The translations under genes were made by a program, and so were the position numbers. 64,000 nucleotides of DNA. Origin: Paraspadella gotoi (Eukaryota > Animalia > Chaetognatha). The DNA lies in assembly GCA_051294375.1 (NCBI GenBank), contig JBJCIZ010000239.1, positions 57,148 through 121,147 of the forward strand, written 5' to 3'. The notes below the pieces were generated by a model. The model was given only the letters and a program-made list of their open reading frames with translations, was not told where the DNA came from and ran no database searches. Below are positions 54,862-64,000 of the stretch, piece after piece; the first letter of the stretch is position 1; the number at the start of each line of letters is the position of its first letter.

Positions 54862-55935
54862 AAACTAATTCTGCCGACGAAAGAGAAAACGAAAAAAACA
54901 AACAAAAGACTTTAACGACGACAACAAAAATTTGTACAAAAACTAAAAATAACCAAAAATGGGTCTTTAGTCTTTTTTTTTTTCCTCCACGACGACGAGA
55001 AAATCCGGAAGAAAGAAAAATTGAAAAGAAAACGATGAACTAACAAAAACAATATAAACAATATACCAATATTAAATTATCCACTCATTTAATAAATAAG
55101 CTATCTTGCCCCAGACTTTGGACGGGATTTGGTGGTTCAAGGCCTCCATCACTCCTACAAGATAATGACATAACAGGGCCATGCAAGCTTTCTATTAAGA
55201 CTCTCTCTGTCTCGTTTGTTCACTCCCAGAGTTTCAAGCTACTCTATCCATGAAGTGATATAATATTTCATGTGACAATTTTATTTTTTTATTTTTTGCT
55301 TTTGTAATCTAATACTTGATTTGTTCCGAATCGACGTCTGTAAAAAATGATAGCATCTTTCGTCTTTGCTCATCCCTCTTTCTATTGCAATTTCGACCCT
55401 TCCTCCTCTTCCTCCTCTTCCTCCTCCTCCTCCTTTCATGATTTCCTCATCTTCTCTGTCATGAATCTTCTCACAAGGGAAAAAAAAAATCCATTTTCCT
55501 CGAAAAGAAAGAAAAAAAAGTCAAGCGATTTATTTTTAGTGATAAAATATGAAAAATCTTGATAATGTTGTTATGTTTTATGCCGGGTGATTCCGTGCGA
55601 TTATCTTGTAAGAAAGTAGGAGGAATGGAGCCTCTTGGATAGACCCATCATAGATTCTTTGAAGTCGGAAAAAGAATGCCTCACGGCCAATCATTATTTC
55701 TAGATTTAGTAGAATTTCCAGAGTCAAACATCACATGGAATGTGACGAGTCACATGGCCTCTCCCGTCGACTCTCACGTCACCTGCAATAGAAGATTGGA
55801 CATCGTGAGTAGAACGAGACAGAAAACGGCGTAAGGGGAGACTACGACGTCTTTTGTTTCTTGTTCTTTCTTTTCGCCATCTGGTGGAGGATGCTCTTTT
55901 GTTTTACAAGGCGAAGACGACGACGAGGACCCCAT
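39739..55935 (-). CDS. Spliced gene (11 coding exons): spinster-like MFS transporter, 12-TM, with apparent sequencing frameshifts
   Basis: Exons translated by hand join with compatible phases: MGSSSSSSP...YAVFCLVLLTMSNLLLQ|VDRFMV(A)ILAKPLARDLRFGDRVC...CEWNYFGGGWDFAVLVGPAYIFVYTVSSLLTGRLADRFNRKRLL (MFS motif A)...|VTSYWQLLLLRLLLGVAQAGCIPFASSIIAD...|GIYLGFSLSF...GWRPAFFVAGAPG...VREP...|...ASAIRMGAGLCFAYNNQ|VYF...WMSWIPAVSG|SVGSILGGFASDRL...|...|GEMWIGICLAIVVEIFP...|GGNMEL...|LRTALLVMFPGMY. Family assigned from recalled motifs, not from a search. Confidence 0.9.
40060..41165. repeat. Composite minisatellite: ~50-bp constant motif alternating with variable-length (GA)n; copies at 2880-3735 and 16710-18225
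   Basis: Motif GAATGAACGAATGGAACGACATCAAATCTAGTGAATGGAGATAGAATTGGA repeated about 9-15 times per copy, in intron 10. Confidence 0.9.
42167..42248 (-). CDS. MFS transporter exon 10
   Basis: GCAG acceptor; approximate consensus GGNMELMVPFLASIFAAKFQMTPLMS. Donor GTGAAT is seen in the copies at ~4805 and ~20870. Confidence 0.72.
42784..42889 (-). CDS. MFS transporter exon 9 (TM10-11)
   Basis: The consensus of the copies reads GEMWIGICLAIVVEIFPSKVRATAVGFYVFVIDNLG; weak donor GTTCGC. Confidence 0.85.
43090..43400 (-). mobile_element. Structured GC-rich intronic insert, possibly a non-LTR retrotransposon (RTE-like) 5'UTR or SINE fragment
   Basis: GC-rich, multi-hairpin, non-coding block in AT-rich intron 8 that carries the twister-like core; a longer version lies at ~5630-6040. 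The class is inferred only. Confidence 0.4.
43248..43328 (-). ncRNA. Candidate twister-like self-cleaving ribozyme (type-P5-like order); copies at ~5892-5972 and ~21950-22030
   Basis: The minus strand reads GAAGCGU-GAGGA-CGGUCG-UAA-ACC-GC-C-UUGGGGG...CCUUCAA-AA-CUGG-UUCCAAGC-CCAG-GAC-ACGUUUC. P4/L4, T1 (GGA:UCC), T2 (GC:GC), UAA and P3 are present; P1 and P2 are weak. Confidence 0.45.
43494..43772 (-). mobile_element. HINE/Helentron-like element, second copy
   Basis: Same termini in reverse, with a 3' hairpin GGAA-TAACCG-TTCC; gap-truncated duplicate at 6128-6205. Confidence 0.75.
43792..43905 (-). CDS. MFS transporter exon 8 (TM9-10)
   Basis: TCCAG acceptor, RICVVLCSLVLSLPFSAALFYLDSPNAYFSLIGNFVFG, donor GTCAGC; frame intact. 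Confidence 0.88.
44991..45057 (-). CDS. MFS transporter exon 7
   Basis: CTCAG acceptor; SVGSILGGFASDRLVQKMGVTG after removing two extra bases; donor GTTTTG (phase 1). Confidence 0.82.
46072..46419 (+). mobile_element. Non-autonomous Helentron (HINE/DINE-1-like) element
   Basis: T-run insertion site, 5' subTIR TTGCGCCGC inside the palindrome TTGCGCCGCGAGTACTCGCGAAGCAA, (GTCG/GTCT)n tract, 3' inverted subTIR GCGGCGCAA and a CTTGTT end. Confidence 0.75.
46775..47075. repeat. Degenerate 11-bp minisatellite with ~65-bp higher-order period
   Basis: Units such as TTGGGGCGAAA, TTATGGCAAAC and CTAATGCGAAC; GGACTTGTGGC recurs three times. Confidence 0.75.
47757..47892 (-). CDS. Candidate alternative terminal exon of the MFS gene
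   Basis: GC-rich island with a TTTTTCAG acceptor; after exon 6 it reads ELYSEVRRRRGCRRSG...DSSRRV*, with AATAAA at 47709-47704. Confidence 0.35.
48399..48472 (-). CDS. MFS transporter exon 6
   Basis: CATCAG acceptor, VYFLLMGDSPEEIAKWMSWIPAVSG, donor GTCAGT (phase 2). Confidence 0.88.
48779..48827. repeat. Perfect palindrome, 24-bp arms, 1-nt spacer
   Basis: ACTTGAATTTTGACTCCTTGTACA-C-TGTACAAGGAGTCAAAATTCAAGT. Confidence 0.95.
49854..50492 (-). CDS. MFS transporter exon 5 (long E/K/R-rich central loop, TM7)
   Basis: The 3' part KISLFFRPVVLLVFVASAIRMGAGLCFAYNNQ with donor GTGAAG is clear. The 5' boundary (TTCGTAG at 50493) is tentative and needs about two frameshift corrections. Confidence 0.7.
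50842..51063 (-). CDS. MFS transporter exon 4 (TM5-6)
   Basis: (CT)n-CAG acceptor, GIYLGFSLSFLVGNLVSGADILGLGWRPAFFVAGAPGILLAGVILASVREPKRHG. The donor is uncertain; GTGAGA at 50841 is preferred. Confidence 0.88.
52270..52465 (-). mobile_element. Truncated HINE-like copy (another fragment at ~45560-45650)
   Basis: Shares GGCGGCGCTAGC...TTAACAAATGAGCAAC and the ACCG tract. Confidence 0.6.
52528..52669 (-). CDS. MFS transporter exon 3 (TM4-5)
   Basis: CCAG acceptor, VTSYWQLLLLRLLLGVAQAGCIPFASSIIADILPAKFRGLGMGFFQLG, donor GTCAGG (phase 1). Confidence 0.92.
53981..54265. repeat. (TCTTA)n pentanucleotide microsatellite grading into 11-bp variants
   Basis: Direct inspection. Confidence 0.95.
54297..54679 (-). 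CDS. MFS transporter exon 2 (Cys-rich external loop, TM2-3)
   Basis: Acceptor AATAG after a (CT)n tract, donor GTGAGG; GRLADRFNRK motif. One base must be restored near 54662 (GTG GCC reads GTGCC). Confidence 0.9.
55783..55935 (-). CDS. MFS transporter coding exon 1 (N-terminus, TM1)
   Basis: ATG at 55935, 51 open codons ending LLLQ, donor GTGACG (phase 0). A pyrimidine tract plus CAG acceptor lies just upstream (exon start 55968), implying a 5'UTR intron or trans-splice site. Confidence 0.85.
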
Positions 55936-56672
55936 GACTTTCGATCAAAAAGCCAAACCGAAATATATCTGGGGGAAAGAAAAATGAAAAAAAGAAACTT
56001 GGGGAGAAAGAATTTAAGAATCATTTGAAAATAATGAAAGGAATGAAATGAAATGAAATAAAGATAAATTAGACGTTGTTATCAATTTATTTTATATTAA
56101 ATATTGACCACTCGTCGGACCACTTTGTTAGAAAAATATCTTTAAATCTGTATGTTTAAAAAACAGTTGGTTTGTGAATGAAAAATCGGTTGAACGTTCG
56201 TTTTTTAAAATTTTGTCTAAAGAAAACCATTTCTGGAATATCAATTAAAATTATACATCTTAAAACGAGCACATTTTTTTTTGGAAAAAGTAAACAATTT
56301 TTTTATAATTGTCGAGCGTGATATTTCGTCGTTTAAAAGAGCGATAAATATTGAAATAAGGCGAAGACTGAAAGATAAAGTGTACGTATAACATAATCGA
56401 GGCATCATTTAAGTTTATTTATTTTGGCCGGTCTGTCAGTTACGACGCGTAACTCCACGAATTTTTTTTTTTTTATTTTTTTGTTTAAAAAGAGAAAAAT
56501 CTTAAATTCAACGCACGTCGTTAAATATCTTTTTTTGTTGTACTCGAACAAAAGAAGTAAGACGCGCGCGACTTGCAAAAAGATCCAGAGCAAAGAATAG
56601 AAGAAAAAAGAATTGAAAAAAAAGAAAGAAAGAAAAAAGAAGCTTAAATTCATCGTTTTATCTCTTTCGTCA

Positions 56673-56778
<106 letters not shown>

Positions 56779-56917
56779 CTGTACGAAACTCTTTATCAAT
56801 CTTACAATTAAGGCTATTGTTCCAGTTACAAGACCATCTACATGATTTTTCGAATTTTTATCTTTTAGCTACAAACGTTATTTTTTTCAATAATTTCTAG
56901 AGTTTCAATTTTCTTAA

Positions 56918-56979
<62 letters not shown>

Positions 56980-57111
56980 GCTCGCTCTCTCTTGCTCTCT
57001 CATGTTTCACCCTTTTTTCATCTTTCTTAATCAGATTATTATTCCCCGTCCTGCTGTTTGTTTGCCAGGAGTGAATTTCGGTCCCGAAAGTAAGAAAAAT
57101 GGAGTCGAGTT

Positions 57112-57378
57112 ACATCCAGGGGAATCCCAAGCCCCGCATCCGGGGAATCACAAGCTCAGCATACGGGGAATTACAAGCCCAACATCCGAGAAATCAGAAA
57201 CCAAATATCCCAGGTATCACTAGCCCAGCATTCGGTGAAGCACAAGACCAACATCAGGAGAAAAACAAGTCCTACTTCCCGGAAATCCCAAGCCCAGCAT
57301 CAGGGGAATTACAAGTCAAATATACGGAGAATCACAAGCCCAACATCCGTGGAATCACAAGCCTATCATATCGGGAAA
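57112..57378. repeat. Degenerate 22-bp minisatellite (GGGGAATCACAAGCCCAGCATC), about 12 units
   Basis: Direct inspection; the period explains the repetitive ORFs in three frames. Confidence 0.85.
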
Positions 57379-57634
57379 TACATGTTTCGAATCCCTGAAT
57401 CCGCCATGGGAATTAAAAAACCTCGCCTTCGGGATTTCATTATGTTTTTGAAAAAATTTAACGAGTTTAAAACTTTAAAAAATCTAACTATACCATAGCA
57501 TTGTTTTTTTTGTCTGAAAACTATCTTAATTTGTTTTAAAAAGGGTTCACGAATTATGACAGTATCATGAGCCGAGGTGTGACTTTTTACACCATAGTTA
57601 AAAGTCTAAATAATTGAATAGACATTTTTTAAAA

Positions 57635-58013
57635 AACAAGAACGGTAATTCCAATGTGTTGCGCCGCAGTGACTTTATTTTTACTTGATATGACATGACA
57701 TGATCTGACATGACTAAAAAAGTTTTTGCCTTATATTTATTGTATTTGTATTTGTATTTATCCATACAGCAGGTCTGAAGATAATTATGACATTAATTAT
57801 ATCAAAATTTTGTCTTTTAGTTTTAGTTTTAAGAATTCCTGAAGGCGGCGCTAGCAGTCCCTTAGTTTTCAGTTTTTTTTTGTTTTAACAAATAGGCAAC
57901 CAACTATAAGCAAATTATATACATTTTTAACATAAGTGGAAGAGACCGACAGATGGACCTACCGACAGACCGACCGAAAAGTGACTTATAGAGTTGCTCC
58001 GCGGCGCAACTAA
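57635..58013 (-). mobile_element. HINE/Helentron-like element, third copy
   Basis: Same termini and internal GGCGGCGCTAGCAGTC block. Confidence 0.75.
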
Positions 58014-58221
58014 AAAAAGGCTCGTAGTATTTCGGGCTTCGCTTCTCTCCTCAATTTTTATGAATCTTCAGAGAATAAAATGACGAAGTTGAGGAGGAAG
58101 AACAAAATTCCTTTTTTTTTCGCTCAAGAAAACAAATTTAAAAATTTTAAGGGTCGGAATTCTTTTTTTTTTAAATTTTAAAGTCATTTAACCGAAAGAA
58201 AAAAAAATGATGACAATGAAG

Positions 58222-58757
58222 GAAATTGGTACAAGCAATATGAAATTATCCATTCATTTAATAAATACGTTTAAGGCCTCCATCACTCTTACAAGATAAT
58301 AACAGCAGGTCCCTGAAAGCCTTCAATCGAGACTCTCTCACAGTCTCGTTTATTCACTCCCAGAGTTCCTGGCTTCCCTATCAATGAAGTTGTGTTATAT
58401 TTCAAAGAATGTTTTTCAATTGGAAATTTTAGATGCAGGAAATGGTAGTTCCATCGTGTTGAATTGATCATTTCTTTTGTGGAAGCCTTTTTTTTTGTAC
58501 CTCACTTTCATATTTTTGATTGTAAATGAGTCAAGAGAGAGTCTTGATTGAAAGCTTGCAGAGAGTCCTGCTATGTTATTATCTTGATTGAAAGCTTGCA
58601 GAGAGTCCTGCTATGTTATTATCTTGATTGAAAGCTTGCAGAGTTCTGCGAGGTCATTATCTTGTAAAAGAGTTGAAGGCTTTAACCAACTGTAACCAGT
58701 CCAAAGTCAGGGGCAAGATGGCTTACTTATTAAACGAATGTATAATTTTTGTATATT
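58222..58757. repeat. Family A inverted pair with an internal short tandem triplication
   Basis: Forward ~58222-58430, reverse ~58530-58757; TCTTGATTGAAAGCTTGCAGAG... three times at ~58543-58645. Solo copies at 55062-55270, 60012-60120 and 60999-61107. Confidence 0.75.
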
Positions 58758-59193
58758 CGTGCCATATTTATAAAGAGGAAAGAAACGCTCTTGGCGCTGG
58801 CGTTGGAGCAGAGCTTTGTCTCCTTGTTACTCGTGTGATCTTAACTGAGTAAGTTAAACGTGAAATTAAACGAATGCAGCGATGTACGATCGGCTCATTC
58901 TTAATTGTTCAACTCTATCAAAAGAAAATCCCGACTCGACGAAACTTGTATGTTAATTATGCACCTTAGAATATTCTTAGAGGAAGAACCCCATCACTTT
59001 TGCATCTAATTATTACGAGATTAGATTCTGCGCCGCCCTTACTCTCTCTCTCTTTCTCTCTCTCTCTCTCNNNNNNNNNNNNNNNNNNNNNNNNNTCTCT
59101 CTCTCTCTCTCTCTCTCTCTCCATCTCTCTCTCTCTCTCTGCACCTCTCTCTCTCTCTCTCTCTCTCTTCTTCTCTCTCTCTCTCTCTCTCTC

Positions 59194-59650
59194 TTAATAA
59201 GCTCCGTCTCTCTCCCCCGAAGAAGCTTCTTACTTTACTTTTACGAGAAACTTGCAAATTAACCGGCCGAAGTTTAAAGAGGCGAAGGTAACTTTACCTT
59301 CCAACGATGCAAAAACATCAGAATAAAAAAGAGGTAAGGACGATGAAAAATAAAAAAAGAAGAAATTGATGGAAAAAGTTGAGTCTCAGAGGAAATACTT
59401 TTTTTTTTTATCTCTTTCTTCTTTTTCTTAATAAGCTCCGTCTCTCTCCCCCGAAGAAGCTTCTTACTTACTTTTACGAGAAACTTGCAAATTAACCGGC
59501 CGAAGTTTAAGAGGCGAAGGTAAACTTACCTTCCAACGATGCAAAAACATCAGAATAAAAAAAAGAGGTAAGGACGATGAAAATAAAAAAAAAGAAGAAA
59601 TTGATAGGAAAAAAAGTTGAGTCTCAGAGGAACTACTTTTTTTTTTTTTA
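59194..59650. repeat. ~230-bp direct tandem duplication
   Basis: CTTAATAAGCTCCGTCTCTCTCCCCCGAAG... begins at ~59193 and ~59427; the copies differ by small indels and lie near a 25-N gap. Confidence 0.85.
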
Positions 59651-60519
59651 GTCGAAGGATGAAGAGTTTCGCGGAGGAATATAAAAACGCAGAGACGCCG
59701 TCGCCATGGTTGTCGTTGTTGTTGTCGTTGTTGTTGTCGTCGTTGGGCTTTGGAGGCGAGGGAATAATCGGCCTCCGAAAGGGTGAAGATAACTGGAATT
59801 CTCAAGGGATTAAAGGGAGAAGAGGGAGGAAAGGAGAAAGAGGAGGAAAAAGAAGAGGTGAGAAAAGAAAAGAGAAGTGAAGGAAATTGAAAAATAGAAA
59901 TAGAGACGGAGGACGGAAAGAGAAGTAGGATGTGATATAGACAGAGGCCAAGTTTGATATTAAAAAATGATTGAACTTTGAAATTCTTATCAGTCTTTAG
60001 TTGTCCTGATCAAATTGGTACAAACAATATAAAAATTAGCCATTTAATAAATAAGCGATCTTGCCCCAGACTTTGGACATCCTTCCTTGGGATCCATCCT
60101 TCTTACAAGATAATAACATATTTGAGAATCATATTGTTACTAAATTATTAAATACGTTATTCTTTTCATTACTTGGGCATAATTTTTAACCAAACTTGTT
60201 TCTTTCCATTCTGATAATTTTTTTTTTTAGCTATTGTTGTTTGCTTTTCCCCCTTTCGCCAGTTTTCAATTTTCAATACATCCGCTTTCGAATTACCCGA
60301 CCGCCAACCCGAAAGCATAAAGTTCACTACGAGAAGGGCGTTCACAAAAAATTCAAAAAGGAAAATATTTTAATTTGAATTCACCAAAAAAAAATATCTT
60401 TAAAAATAAAACCTTTTTATTTTTGGATTCTGGAAAAAAAAAAAAACATTCAGTCATAATTTCCTTAATATTTCTCTCACTTTTCTTTTCTCAGGCTCTC
60501 GCTCTCTCTCTCTTCTCTC

Positions 60520-60552
<33 letters not shown>

Positions 60553-61227
60553 TCTCTCTCTCTCGTTAACTCATTTCCGAACATTGCACGCACGTTCGCC
60601 CCCGCCGCCGACGTCGTCAAACAAACGAACAACGTGTCTGCTCTGTACCTTTCCGAAAATATGATAATTAATATTAATAAAAATTAGAATTAATTTTAGA
60701 TTTTTACAACTCTGAAACGAATTGAGAAACCGGATTGAAACCGAGAAAAAGGGTTTCGTGAGAGGGTCCGGGAGAGAGAGAGAGAGAGAGAAGAGTAGAG
60801 AGAGAGAGAGCAGACGTTGGTTCTGTACCCAAGAGAGGAAAAAAGAGCTTTTTGCCATCCGAGCTGCCTACCTATTTATTTTAGGCTTTGATCATCAGCA
60901 CCTGATGTTCAGGGAAGCGATGAACGACTTGAAATTCACCCGAATCGAACTGTCTAACATGAGTCGCCAAGGAAAACTTTATTTGTAGAATGTATAGTAT
61001 GAAATTGGTAGAACCAATATAAAAATTATACATTCGTTTTATAAACAAGCTATCTTGCCCCTGACTTTGGACACTGTCCAAATGGTGGTTTGAGGCCTCC
61101 ATCACTCGTATTTATTAGTTGATTATCCCTCGGAAACTCGTAAAAACGAGGTTTCACCGGGTGAAACACATTTTGTGAGTTTTCAATTTTAAATCCATTT
61201 CTCTCGTTAACCTCGCTCGGAAAGCGA

Positions 61228-61390
61228 CGTTAAAAGAAAAGTTAAAATAAGGACCAAGCTCACTCGGATATCGAGGTTAAAAGCAAAGTTAAAATAAGGA
61301 CCAAGCTCACTCTATATCGAGGTTAAAAGTAAAGTTAAAATAAGGACTAAACTCACTCGGATATCGAGGTGAAAAGCAAAGTTGAAATAA
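61228..61390. repeat. ~47-bp tandem repeat, three or more copies
   Basis: GTTAAAATAAGGACCAAGCTCACTCGGATATCGAGGTTAAAAGCAAA. Confidence 0.85.
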
Positions 61391-62537
61391 CGACAGAAAA
61401 ATGGATCGGTCGAAAATTGACTGGGAATTAGAGAAACGAGGCAAGATATCTTTCACAGAAAATTTGAAAAAGAAATAAGTGAAAAGGAGGCAGAGAAGGA
61501 AGGATGGAAGGAAGGGAGGAAGGGAGGAAGGAAAGATGGGGGAAAAAGGAATGAAAGAAAGTAGGATAATTGAATGTATGAAGATTGATGAAGAGAAGAA
61601 TGAAGGAAAGAAAAAAGGAAGGGAGGAAGGAAATAAAAAACTAACTAGGAAGCAAGGAAGGAAGCAAGGAATGAAAGGATGGATGGAGAAAAAATGGAAG
61701 AATAGAAAGGATGAAAAGTACGAAGGAAAGAGAGAGAGGAAGGAAGGAAAGGGGAAAAAAAAAGGAAAGATAGGAAGGAAGGAAAGGGAAAAAAAGGGAA
61801 AGAGAGAGAGGAAGGAAGGAAAGGGGAAAAAAAAGTAAACAATACTGACAATGTTAATCTCCGATCGAAGTCGCACCAAAATTATCCTCGCCGATTCTCG
61901 AAAACGAGCGAGAAAATCCATTTCTCAATTTCCAGTTCGGCCCACGTTCATTTGTTTGCCATTTGTTTCAATTTCGGCAGCCAGGGAGGCGCTGCCGTCG
62001 TCGGCAAGAGCGGCGCTGCGGTCGTCGGCCAGGGCGGGAATATTCGCCGCGAAATAGCGGTTCGGGGTTTGAGCGGCAACAGCAAAGGGGACGAAGATTT
62101 CGGTGACTGAATCAGTGAACTGTGATTACATTCGGTCGGTCGGTCCGTCTCGGATCTCAGATCTTGAAAGATTCGTTGTTAGTTGTTAAATGTTTATTGA
62201 TCGGCAATATATTAAAATGACTATGTAAAGAGAAGACTGACTATAGTACATTGAGATAAATGGCTATAGGAGATAAAGTTTAATGAATATAATACAATAG
62301 TTTAAGTTTTAATGACTATAACAGGGGAAAAGGCAGCGGGAGTGTCAGCGAGAGAGTAAGGGCAGCGGCAGTGGCAGCGGAAGCGTCGGCGGAAGGTGGT
62401 GGAGGGGGGGGAGTTGACATCGCGTCCTGAATAAGAATTTCACGTCGGCGAAATCGAGCGTCGATCATAACTCTTTGAGCTAAAAGGGCGTCGCTGTCTC
62501 TATCTCCCTCTCTCGATTCTGACAAAAAAACATGAAA

Positions 62538-62603
<66 letters not shown>

Positions 62604-63037
62604 GAGAGTGAGTGTAAAGAGGAGGAGGAGGAGGAGAGAGAGAAAGAGATAGAGAGAGATCATGATTTAAAAGAGGAAAAAAAATAGACGCAGAGAAAAT
62701 TCGCGGGTTCGAGGCCGAATGAAGCGGCGGCCGCGGCGGTGATAGCAGCGGCGGCGGCGTAGCCTGTAGGCGAAGCTACAACTGGTGAGGAAAAAAGAAA
62801 TTCTTCTGACCTCTCGCTATCGCACTCGCTATCGCTCTCGCTCTCGCTCTTGCTATCGCTATCGCACTCGCTCTCGCTCGTTATTTAATACGAATTTATT
62901 TGTTGCTTCTCCATAAAAATTTTGTGGAAAAAAAATAGATAAATAAGTAAAATTGCATTTTGTAAAACCTCCAAAAAGAAAACTCTCTCAAGTTTTATTT
63001 TCATTTACTTAAGGGGATGGAGCATCAATCCTGTTAA

Positions 63038-63241
63038 GGTCCGGGATCACTCAATTCAAATTATAATTAGGCTAAAACCGAGCTCGGATTTTGAAAGAAG
63101 AGCTCCTGACGATTCCGAAAATGTATTCACTTTACTATTTTTTCAAATGCGTAGTTGTTTTTTTGATTTTTTTGGTACTATATAAAATAAAAGAAACCTA
63201 TTTGAAGAGTTGCAGCCCAAACGTGAAGGCGGTTTCTAATA
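63038..63241. mobile_element. Gap-truncated insertion at a TTAA site (Kolobok-like, starts GG)
   Basis: The duplicated flanks (62869-63037 and 63251-63522) diverge exactly after CCTGTTAA; only one end of the insertion is visible. Confidence 0.45.
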
Positions 63242-64000
63242 NNNNNNNNNNCGCTCTCGCTCGTTATTTAATACTTGAGACGAATTTATTTGTTGCTTCT
63301 CCATAAAGACTTTGTGGCAAAAAAATAGATAATTAATATAGATTAAATACTAAAACCTTCATAAAATTATTAAAATATTAAAATAGAAAAAAAAATAGTG
63401 AAACAAGTAATTTGCAAATTTTCATAAATATGTAAAATTGCATTTTGTAAAACCTCCAAAAAGAAAACTCTCTCAAGTTTTATTTTCATTCACTTAAGGG
63501 GATGGAGCATCAATCCTGTTAATTCGTGATAGTTTGCATGGAAAACCCGTGTCCCCTTAACAAACAAAATTCGAAAAAGAGATTATATCAGCATATATAT
63601 TCCGAACATTGGATTTTTTTTATTTTTTTCAAAAGATCGATGAAAGAATTGAAAAGAAACACATCGAGCCATTTGCGCAGAATCAGAAACCAACTGGGAA
63701 GATGGGTATCTAGCTAAAGGTAGGTTCTAACTAGTCTCTCATCAGGGAAAAGAGGTAAGAAGTTGAACTAGTGAGTCCGATCTCCAAGACTCTATCCGTG
63801 ACTCCGGGGATGAAGAGGAGGGGACGACGAGGGGAGGAGGAGGCGTTGAGAGAGGGAAGAGAAGGCCCGGGGGAGAGAGAGGTTCTGGCGGTAAGGTGAG
63901 CCTCTATCTTGACCAATTATTCGAAAGAATGAGTCACAAGTTGGCGTGAACATTTCGTATCGCTTTACTCGGATTCGCCATTTTCCACGGAGTCGTGAAT

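Larger units (their letters stand above)
59648..64000 (-). other. Several GC-rich exon-like islands of an unidentified second gene
   Basis: Acceptor-preceded islands at ~59650-59793, 61850-62107, 62320-62518 and 62690-62781 give Pro/Thr/Ala-rich translations (e.g. VVASPTGYAAAAAITAAAAASFGLEPANFL); no recognisable domain. Confidence 0.3.

Noticed and set aside
57002-57498. Three overlapping repetitive ORFs
   Set aside because: A by-product of the 22-bp repeat period.
61307-61921. 204-aa hydrophobic ORF and its K/E/G-rich antisense
   Set aside because: Degenerate (GGAA)n low-complexity tract.

Overview
Eukaryotic (probably invertebrate animal) genomic DNA: AT-rich, dense in microsatellites, with GC-rich exons and eight N-gaps. 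The one gene I can reconstruct is an 11-exon, minus-strand major facilitator superfamily transporter of the spinster-like (invertebrate 'MSMEG_3705-like') type. It runs from ATG 55935 to TGA ~39739 with phase-compatible GT-AG introns. Its 3' end (exons 9-11 and flanks) recurs about four times across 1-43500 in indel-ridden copies separated by 25-N gaps, which is most simply a gap-filling artefact from uncorrected long reads; 27600-37200 is mostly read noise. The ORF-track entries are nearly all microsatellite or noise translations. Best leads: (1) a twister-ribozyme-like motif in intron 8 on the pre-mRNA strand; (2) an in-frame read-through of the exon-9 donor that gives an alternative (GTT)n-encoded poly-Val last helix and a tail with two dileucine motifs; (3) a candidate alternative terminal exon and an in-frame duplicated splice acceptor; (4) non-autonomous DNA elements (HINE/Helentron-like, 8-bp-TSD hAT-like, TTAA-inserting), two of them seen as both filled and empty sites.
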